Virus record (IMG/VR): IMGVR_UViG_3300020465_001196
Reading direction: 5' to 3' (one strand)
Origin: a virus
Taxonomy: Duplodnaviria; Caudoviricetes
Length of the DNA stretch: 64,000 nt
Both the position numbers and the translations under genes were made by a program. Of this stretch, positions 58,201 through 64,000 are shown in pieces. Under the pieces are notes generated by a model. That model saw only the letters and a list, made by a program, of their open reading frames with translations. It was not told the DNA's origin and searched no databases. Each line of letters opens with the position of its first letter. Positions within the stretch are counted from its first letter, which is position 1.

Positions 58201-61200
58201 ATCTGATTCAAGTTTACCATTCCAACCTAGTGTTTTAATTGTGCTTAATTTAATACGTGGTTGTCTTTGTGCTAAAACAGTATTGTAAATTGTATCATTA
58301 AAGATTGTTTTATTGTTTAATGTTATTGCGTGTTCTGTTTCTTTAATAGATAACCTTAATCCATATACACCAATATTTTGTTTGTGTGTAATTGTTACAA
58401 TATCATCATCACGTAAAACTTCTAATTGCTGTGCATCTAATCCAAAACCTTCTTTGTTTAGTACACTATATACACCATTATTAATATCAGTTATACCTTG
58501 TACGACACCTGTTAATGGTGCAAATCTTAATCTATCGGCACTTGGACTTAAAGTTATAAAAGTTCCTTTATCCCATTTACCTAAACTCCAGAATAAAAAT
58601 TCTTTTGCACTATAATCATAATCTTTGTTTTCACCTGCATCAGTATTAAAGTCATCAAATATCCAACCAAGGCTTTTTAAGTATTCACCATAGCCACGAA
58701 TAACATCATATACTTCTTGTCTTGTTTTATAAACTGTGCCATAACCACATTTTTTAATTTGGTTTTCATTATAATCAAAATAATGTTCAACTTCAGTGCC
58801 ACCAACTGTTGGAAGAACTTTTAGTAATTTCCATTTATTCATATCTGGTGACCTATCAGTTGTTAGTGAAACATGAGTAGTTGTTGCTTGATAATATTTT
58901 GTATCATGCTGTACAATCTCATCTCTATGATAAGTTGTTCCTGGATTATATCCAACTGGAGATATTGATTTACCACCAACACGTACTTTTTTAGATCTTC
59001 CAGATATTAAAGGTACTAATGTATTAAAGTATGGATGAACAATATCATAACCAAATAATTTATATCCACCTTCAACTGCTTGTACAACTACTCCACTATA
59101 TGATGCTTCTTGAACACTTCCACCAGTATGTAAAGTTATATTAATATCTTCGTTTGGAACTGTAATACTTGTTGCATTACTTGTTGAATCATATGCTTCT
59201 GATTCAACTTGTAGTGTAGATGCATCTATAAATCCTGCACAACGATAAGTTAAGTTTGTTTGTAAATTTCTAATTACGTTACCAAAAGATTCTGTAATAG
59301 GTTTGCCTTTGTAATTTAAATATTCAACTAAAAAGTTTTGTACACCTGCTTTATAATGAGTTATATTGCTACTATCAGTTTCAGTATGTACATAATAGTC
59401 TTTGTTATTTGATCTTTTACCTGTGCTTGAATCTATAATTTGATTGTTATCAGCATTTGATCTAGTTAATTTGTTTGAATCCCAAAGTAAGTCAACGTAT
59501 GAACCAGGTGTAGTTAAGTATAATATTTTTTGAATTGCATATTGATACGATGATGAAGTATAAAATGCATTTTCTACCGGAGCACCATCTCCAAATTCCC
59601 AATCAAGTTGTGATTCGTATTCAGTTGGGTTACTTGAAATAATACCTGCTTGTAAAGGACTTAATAAGTTTCCTGTTGTACTTACAGGTACGTATGATGC
59701 AAAACCTGGTTTTTTATAAACGTTGTCTGCATTTAAATATGAATTATCAGTGTAATTATTTCTTGAACCATCTCTAATAATACCTTGCTCAATATCATTT
59801 ATTAATTGTGTTCTTGTTGCTGTTGTTGTCCAAGAATAATAATTATCCCACCATAATGGTTTTTGAGAGAAGCCCAACATTTCCCATGGATGAGTATGTG
59901 GTCTATCTGTTCCATAATACCAACGATAAATTCCTCTCCAATGTCCTGGTAATTGATCACCATTTGCATCTTTAATTGTTGAATAATTTAATACTTTCCA
60001 ATCAACAACTACTCCGCTACTTGTATCTATTACTCCTGTTGCACCACTTGTTTCACCAGTAACTGTTTCTGAAAGTTGAAAAGAATCAACTACGTTATTA
60101 ATTGTTATTGTGTTAGTTCCAACTTTAGTAATAATACCTTCTGCACCAGATGAGCCGCCATTTACTTTTTCACCAACTTTAAATGTTCCTGACGAACTTG
60201 AAAAATTAATTACGTTTGTATAACCAGTATTTTCTTGATAGTTTACTGCATTCTCAGAAGCCCATCTTGTAAATATTGGTCTAAGTAAATTATTAAACTC
60301 TTCTCTTGTCCAACTAGTTGAATTAAAGAAGTTTGGTTGTATTTTGTTAATGTCTAACAATACAGAATAATCTCTGTTTGTAAATCTTTTATTAATTGAG
60401 TTATATATTCTTTTTTCTAATTCTAATAATGCTGTATCACGTAAGTCATTATATTTTAATACTAATGCACCATCATGACATTGTATAAAGTTTCTTGTAC
60501 CAGTTGAATACGTAATCGCATCTGATACTTCTTCTGGTCTATATACTCTTGCCGCTCCAAGTTTTGCTGGAGTAGGTGGAACCCACGTTGGTTGAATTGT
60601 TTTATAATGTCTAATAGTAATTACATCATTTACTTTTGGTTTATTATTTGCATAACCTATGAAGATAATTTTATTTCCATTAGATGAATTATTAACAATA
60701 TACTCATGATTGTATAACATTAAAACATTATTTTTGTAAACGTAAAATGCTTGGCTATCATAATCATTATCAGGATTGTATGCTGACGTAATTGCTAATC
60801 CTGGTTCTGTATTAAATATCTCTTGTGTTTCACTTCCTTGTAAAAATGTGTTTGTATTTCCCCAAGTATAATTTGTTGACGTAATAGTATGCGTTTCTGT
60901 TGTATACCTATCACCACTTGCTAACATAAACGAATTTGCAAAAGGTGTTGTAGGAAGTTTATCTATATTAATATTTTTAAGTGCTTTGTCAACTATTTGT
61001 GCTGTAGTTAATAAAGATGCATCTTGTGTTACTTGTATTTTGTTTACAGAATTTAAAAATTTTAATTGAAACTCTTGATATCTATTTTTAACATAACGTA
61101 TTGATGAAATCATATCTAAGTCATCGTTGTTAGTAAATGACATTGCTTTAAGTAATGATCCGTCGTGTTGTAATATTACTGATCCTTTACCTAAATTTTT

Positions 61201-63999
61201 AGCAGTATCTCTGTAATTGTTTGCTCCACCAATGTCTCCAGTAAACCCTGTTTGGTTTTGAACTATTGATTCAAAGTGTTGGAAAAATTCTGAATATGAA
61301 CCTGATGCAACTTCTTCGTTTGCTGAATTTGATTCTAAATTTTTTGGTATTTCATAATAGTTAATTGCTTTAATAGGAGTATTGTTATTTGTATCATAAT
61401 AAACTTTTACAAAATCATTTTCTACTAATGCAGTTGTAAACACAATTTCAACACTTCTATTAGTTGTATAGTCTGTACCAAATACTTGCTTAACACCATT
61501 TTTATATACTTCCATATTTGAAACTGATGTTGGAATTACTTCAAGTGTTGGTTTATCAGTTAAATTTGCTTTTGAAACTGTATGCTCTTGTACTAAACGT
61601 TGTCTTAATTTTTGACTTGAATTCCATTCGTTTTTGTAAAACGTTTCAGTTGCATCTGTAAGTTTTGTAATTGGGTTATCAATAATTACTAATTTAATTG
61701 CAGAATTATGTGTTGCACAATTGTAATATAATGTGTTTGGTGCACCAGATGGAACTGTAAAAGTTAATGTAGTATTTGCTCCACCGTAATATGATCTTGA
61801 TCCAGTAACTCCAGTTAAGTACTCATTCTCATAACCGTTTTGCGACCAAGTTGTACCTGTTGAAAGATAAAATGGATGATTTGATCCAGTATAACCAGTT
61901 GAGCTTGTTTCTGGAGAACTTAACTTAAAGTTATATGTGTTGCCTCTTTGTAAAATTAATATTGGTTGTTCTTCACCATTTATAAAGTAAACATTTTTTG
62001 TTGAATCTTTTTTACTTGGATTAATGTTAACTTCATAATCAACTGTTTTAGCAATTGTTTCAGGATACAAATACTCTTTGAAATATTTGTATCCTGTTAT
62101 TGCAGTTGAGGTATTATATGTGTATGAGTCAAGGTTGAGGTAATTACAAAACTCAATATCACTTTGGCCACTACCAGTAACATAAGATAGTGGAAATCCT
62201 AATTCTGTATCATTAGTACCTGTACCAACTTTATAACCAAATATTTTTGATCCAGCAAAGTCAGATGATGCATATACTCCTGCATCACTTAATAAAACTT
62301 TATTGTTGTCATATAAATTAAATAATGGTGCAATGTTTGATTGTGTTTTTTGTTGTGCTTGATTCCAATTGTAACCATCATAGTACCATTCAGTACCACC
62401 ATATGTTGTACCTTGAGAAATATATACTTTGTCATCTTTATCAACACTTGAAACTACTTGAGTTAATTTTATTTGTGATCCTACTCCAGATACTTGCCAA
62501 ATAGAACCTTCAATAGTAAATGATGTGCTTGATACGTCCCAACCTACATCACCACCTGTGTTACCACCGCCACCAGTTGTAGCATCAGAGTCAGTATCAT
62601 GATCCCATAAACCACTATCCCATTGTACATAGTCATCTTGTGATGCCGCATTTGGAAATAGTATTGTATCTCTGTTTTGAATTTGTCTACCGTCAATTGC
62701 TATATTTGATTGCGTTTCAATTTGTGTTTTTGATAATGTTCCTTCTATAACAGTAACATCGAGAATATGTTTTTTACCATAATCATATAATTCAATATCT
62801 CTATTAAATTCTAAAATTGGTCTTGTAGCACGTCTACCAGTTGTTTTTGTAAATGCAGTTGTTGATGTTACAGTAACACTATCCCATGCTTGACTAATTT
62901 CATCCCAATCACCTGTGTCCCATAAATGGTTTTCAGTTGACGAAGTTGTTAAACTTGGATAGTTTTCTAAAGTATTTTTATGTACCCAACCATTTGTTTT
63001 TGACCAAATGTTTCCATCTCTAGCACCACGTTCAATTGTAATATAATCTTTTGTCGATGCTGTTTGTTCTTTTAAGTTTCTTAAATTTCTTTTATCAATT
63101 AATTTAATTTCTCTACCAACACCTTCAACTATATAAGTGTTTATAGTTTGTGTGTTTGTTGCAGTAATTGTTGCACTATTACCACTTGTAGAAGATACTG
63201 TTACTGCTGTTGGTGTAACACCATCGCCTAATGCTGTTGTAGTTAAATCTATACCTGTAATTGTACCACTGCCATTTACACTTATTACTTTACCAACTAC
63301 TACAGTTGAAATAATAATTGTATCATTAACAGCATATCCGGTACCACCACCAGTTAAGTTTAATCCTGTAATGGTGTGATAAAATTTGTATGCGTTGTTT
63401 GTAACTGATTGTCCAAATTGTACTTGTAATCCATTTGTAAATATAGTACCATCAGGTGCGGTATATGTTTTCTTACCAATAATATCTGTTGCTGGATCAA
63501 TTTGGTTACCACCAGACCCGTCAACAATTGTTGCAGGTAAATTTGAAAACACTCCATTTGTTTCTGTTGATAAATCATCATTTGATGGATACCAATAATA
63601 GTTTGCATAGTTTAAAAACTTATCTATATCAATTGGTGGTGCAAATGAATAATAACTTTCTTCAAATAACTTTGCATGGTTATTAATAACTCCACCATCA
63701 AATCTTAATTTGTTTACTAGGTCTTCGTATGTAGTTTGGTAAGATATCCTTTGAGTATCATTATCTCTTACAACAACTGATGGTTCTAATTGATAATTAT
63801 ATCTATCTACAGATGGCTCACCTAAATAAGCATCTTTCTTGGTTTGATAAATTCTACCTTCACGTCTTCCAACGAATCCATTTGTAAATTCATTTTCTTC
63901 GTTTTTGAACCATTGGTCAACTGTAGAATCAAAAAAGTTTGTTAACTTTGTTGACTGTAGAACAAACGGTAATTGTTTTGAAGCTACAAATTGCTCAGC
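52297..63999 (-). CDS. Giant baseplate wedge protein (gp7-like), at least 3,900 aa, 5' end beyond the window
   Basis: The track starts at an internal GTG (63552); hand translation shows the frame stays open to 63999 (AEQFVASKQLPFVLQSTKLTNFFDSTVDQWF...YSFAPPIDIDKFLNYANYYW). Contains HPWEMLG, EEWA...G.FG, GGSGY-type repeats and CBM-like modules. Confidence 0.8.
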   Translation of the reverse strand, partial: AEQFVASKQLPFVLQSTKLTNFFDSTVDQWFKNEENEFTNGFVGRREGRIYQTKKDAYLGEPSVDRYNYQLEPSVVVRDNDTQRISYQTTYEDLVNKLRFDGGVINNHAKLFEESYYSFAPPIDIDKFLNYANYYWYPSNDDLSTETNGVFSNLPATIVDGSGGNQIDPATDIIGKKTYTAPDGTIFTNGLQVQFGQSVTNNAYKFYHTITGLNLTGGGTGYAVNDTIIISTVVVGKVISVNGSGTITGIDLTTTALGDGVTPTAVTVSSTSGNSATITATNTQTINTYIVEGVGREIKLIDKRNLRNLKEQTASTKDYITIERGARDGNIWSKTNGWVHKNTLENYPSLTTSSTENHLWDTGDWDEISQAWDSVTVTSTTAFTKTTGRRATRPILEFNRDIELYDYGKKHILDVTVIEGTLSKTQIETQSNIAIDGRQIQNRDTILFPNAASQDDYVQWDSGLWDHDTDSDATTGGGGNTGGDVGWDVSSTSFTIEGSIWQVSGVGSQIKLTQVVSSVDKDDKVYISQGTTYGGTEWYYDGYNWNQAQQKTQSNIAPLFNLYDNNKVLLSDAGVYASSDFAGSKIFGYKVGTGTNDTELGFPLSYVTGSGQSDIEFCNYLNLDSYTYNTSTAITGYKYFKEYLYPETIAKTVDYEVNINPSKKDSTKNVYFINGEEQPILILQRGNTYNFKLSSPETSSTGYTGSNHPFYLSTGTTWSQNGYENEYLTGVTGSRSYYGGANTTLTFTVPSGAPNTLYYNCATHNSAIKLVIIDNPITKLTDATETFYKNEWNSSQKLRQRLVQEHTVSKANLTDKPTLEVIPTSVSNMEVYKNGVKQVFGTDYTTNRSVEIVFTTALVENDFVKVYYDTNNNTPIKAINYYEIPKNLESNSANEEVASGSYSEFFQHFESIVQNQTGFTGDIGGANNYRDTAKNLGKGSVILQHDGSLLKAMSFTNNDDLDMISSIRYVKNRYQEFQLKFLNSVNKIQVTQDASLLTTAQIVDKALKNINIDKLPTTPFANSFMLASGDRYTTETHTITSTNYTWGNTNTFLQGSETQEIFNTEPGLAITSAYNPDNDYDSQAFYVYKNNVLMLYNHEYIVNNSSNGNKIIFIGYANNKPKVNDVITIRHYKTIQPTWVPPTPAKLGAARVYRPEEVSDAITYSTGTRNFIQCHDGALVLKYNDLRDTALLELEKRIYNSINKRFTNRDYSVLLDINKIQPNFFNSTSWTREEFNNLLRPIFTRWASENAVNYQENTGYTNVINFSSSSGTFKVGEKVNGGSSGAEGIITKVGTNTITINNVVDSFQLSETVTGETSGATGVIDTSSGVVVDWKVLNYSTIKDANGDQLPGHWRGIYRWYYGTDRPHTHPWEMLGFSQKPLWWDNYYSWTTTATRTQLINDIEQGIIRDGSRNNYTDNSYLNADNVYKKPGFASYVPVSTTGNLLSPLQAGIISSNPTEYESQLDWEFGDGAPVENAFYTSSSYQYAIQKILYLTTPGSYVDLLWDSNKLTRSNADNNQIIDSSTGKRSNNKDYYVHTETDSSNITHYKAGVQNFLVEYLNYKGKPITESFGNVIRNLQTNLTYRCAGFIDASTLQVESEAYDSTSNATSITVPNEDINITLHTGGSVQEASYSGVVVQAVEGGYKLFGYDIVHPYFNTLVPLISGRSKKVRVGGKSISPVGYNPGTTYHRDEIVQHDTKYYQATTTHVSLTTDRSPDMNKWKLLKVLPTVGGTEVEHYFDYNENQIKKCGYGTVYKTRQEVYDVIRGYGEYLKSLGWIFDDFNTDAGENKDYDYSAKEFLFWSLGKWDKGTFITLSPSADRLRFAPLTGVVQGITDINNGVYSVLNKEGFGLDAQQLEVLRDDDIVTITHKQNIGVYGLRLSIKETEHAITLNNKTIFNDTIYNTVLAQRQPRIKLSTIKTLGWNGKLESDGYIISGTSLINNFEKSVTDSRLYYDVDASLVSTNFRDAAMHLIGYQERDYLTNLKISKTNQVKFYQGMIKQKGTTNAIDRLLRSTTVSTDQTFDTYEEWAFKVGDFGSTAFNQQIELQVKANDVVSDPQTFEFLLPSDGTTTSGYDSKTDDVITIDIDDTTRWLKKPKGEKSLANLWPVLSSVTSIVPTAGYVHFDDATYKALDSNALANVYTNASENVSIGSTAWVAKDVLSGKDWNVYKLYDTSTRIDRVSTSGDANTAMTVTVTGTGADIGQEKDLVLEKTYNGNGDLVYNPQTWGTHKIKLETTTPTEPTATVSFSNIAGTGADIAVGNINGTITVVTVSGGGAGFAEGDTITFTGSGGTGAAMTVDKINGGSGAQATATVNDTFPITSIQVLEQGSGYSSATVNISGGGGVGATATATIAGGKVTGITLTAAGAGYTYQPTVTITGDGTGATAFATLGQEKDGLITAITISAAGTGYQSAPQVKITDTTGQGATATCTINGSGEVDAITITNAGSGYTAPTVSFTGALTGNTGGSELTLNSGGDNYADAPDGYSVVSFDGTTKTSGTHYTPATFTFTGDGASGRLGEIKDLTIINGGTNYQSPSIKIINNAGTTVGTLTSPGNITVSSGVITAITVPTGLWNKGFSAGIISTATGKISVVDTKANYIINLSPNLSKIHVLNNLTANVTTAFDGTVTGVVEKWDGSTATTLYTLTGLNTAGVKTVTPSQNITDNSNATVRANISVSSATTGDMSLSLSYTKKEYSITQADGTPEFITTNNQTGLDVIKLLDWKDVRLNNGIATDKAYVSTSTSTTITNFLTGTGLSNSAWTEGALIWLDDDFTGKWGVYRYTTNASIISSYNTIRGSEPASVSAAGGTWILHSGVNYSDSTQTTTAYFEKTKRRQKDKIDTKQFKKTSLYDDRDHQIDVGMNIYDPIKGILPATADREITYKTEIDPAIYNNHSDTTQISVNNPWTDEYVGQVWWDQSTTRYIDYESHDNNYRRKHWGRLFEGSTIDIYEWVKSSQLPDSYLGTGTVKSTTNYVSEITTDPYTNANITTYYYWVKNKTTVPQMDSRTSDTQTVSNLMTSPLTQGLSYFAPISPNSFMIANVVNNLTKDNSVLQINYRNRKTKDKTDKPHAQWLLIREGYSDTQIPNQIWNKMTDSICGYDIVGNTVPDTSISLNDRYGSKVRPRQTWFVNIKNARKVLFQALNNITANISLDVEHSNWDSTVTTSVYHEKANWYYNSTFNDNTIIDEIVDYKADIVTANLNEGDVIKVNYDYASKWALYKYTDADYLAGTTTSIDSDNLSLVRIGLQTATTKLKTTVYTEDNSTALANELRQYISALRLNVFISDKLGKQNDVLFALIRYISSEQSNTDWLFKTTYINVIQQDTTLKQKASYEKDPFDDIKTYIEEVKPYKAKIRDFLSKKAPARENMNLAMSDFTSTADYTINNSGSGTTNPTPKVTTKLLFDRVSSKITLLSPSTNSINTWATATSYTAGTPLKYRGGYWQVTANHTSGVFVTDVQAGKLISYNFSPTTAPTDAALIDKVKTSTPESTHVDRLAKYYFKNELANVDTANVTQVSTFTTNLENAITSFKDLDVQPIGFVVNRDRIGKDLTTFAWDSLRWDATALDTNTEIGYDDEATQVWYDSKFVNENLQWKTGTSFAKDSFVKYSDLTHFTAWSASTSYTVGDIVKHNNKVYVANVTHKNLASETTLQESRWDLVDELIYYTNETHTASATFETDYDAGKWVLVKSKLDSAGFVRPDKDPNPEELVPLKPKESLFITVKTYEGVSGSAPNYTGTGDLSQYQIHYKPYGTVKYLRQKFVDSGGGNSTTDHTTLTAAVTPYSNKISVANASLLPQPKDVGVTTAGTYSGQPGVIYVGNERIEYHRIQGNDLLDIVRGTHGTTILTHANSTEVYSGDTNIPGARNNGFWNNTGYSVLDTTNSTGDIAKYLRNE

Positions 64000-64000
64000 C

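Noticed and set aside
1044-63686. Many 60-145 aa ORFs nested in or antisense to long genes (e.g. 1330, 4670, 19180, 24778, 40492, 63137)
   Set aside because: They overlap well-supported genes, have no recognisable motifs, and are expected by chance from codon bias.
1-64000. Stop-codon reassignment (alternative genetic code)
   Set aside because: Core genes (gp18, gp20, gp23, gp46, the giant wedge) are intact and full length in the standard code.
1-64000. CRISPR array, tRNA genes, integrase/transposase, reverse transcriptase or DGR
   Set aside because: No regularly spaced repeat-spacer pattern, cloverleaf or relevant protein motif was seen by eye; a tRNAscan/CRT run would be needed to exclude them fully.
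1-64000. Definite host or genus assignment (e.g. Pelagibacter phage)
   Set aside because: Low GC, the NCS2 permease and the lipoprotein are compatible with a streamlined marine proteobacterium, but this cannot be established without database comparison.

Overview
A 64 kb, strongly AT-rich segment (about 30% GC by eye, not computed) of a large T4-like contractile-tailed phage. It holds most of the virion morphogenesis region: tail tube and a tube paralogue, a 998 aa tail sheath, neck gp13/gp14/gp15, capsid gp23, scaffold gp22, protease gp21, portal gp20, a tape-measure candidate, gp26/gp51, gp48/54-, gp53-, gp27- and gp5-like baseplate genes, fibres, and a truncated baseplate-wedge gene of more than 3,900 aa. 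It also holds the gp55 late sigma factor, gp46/gp47, a Holliday junction resolvase, dNMP kinase, HNH and NUDIX genes. Accessory genes include an NCS2 nucleobase permease, a 17 kDa-antigen-like lipoprotein, three radical SAM enzymes and four glycosyltransferase-like genes. The main features missed by the ORF track are: (1) a 27 aa, 9-Cys metallothionein-like gene in the head operon, bracketed by a 19 bp direct repeat; (2) a U UUU UUC slippery site plus stem/pseudoknot that would fuse gp26 to a start-less gp51-like ORF by -1 frameshifting; (3) a ~400 nt promoter-led, structured non-coding region; (4) a tail-sheath domain apparently copied into neck protein gp14; (5) a hairpin that is at once terminator, early promoter and RBS sequester upstream of the glycosyltransferase/radical SAM operon. 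All assignments come from motif recognition and hand alignment; no database searches or folding programs were run.
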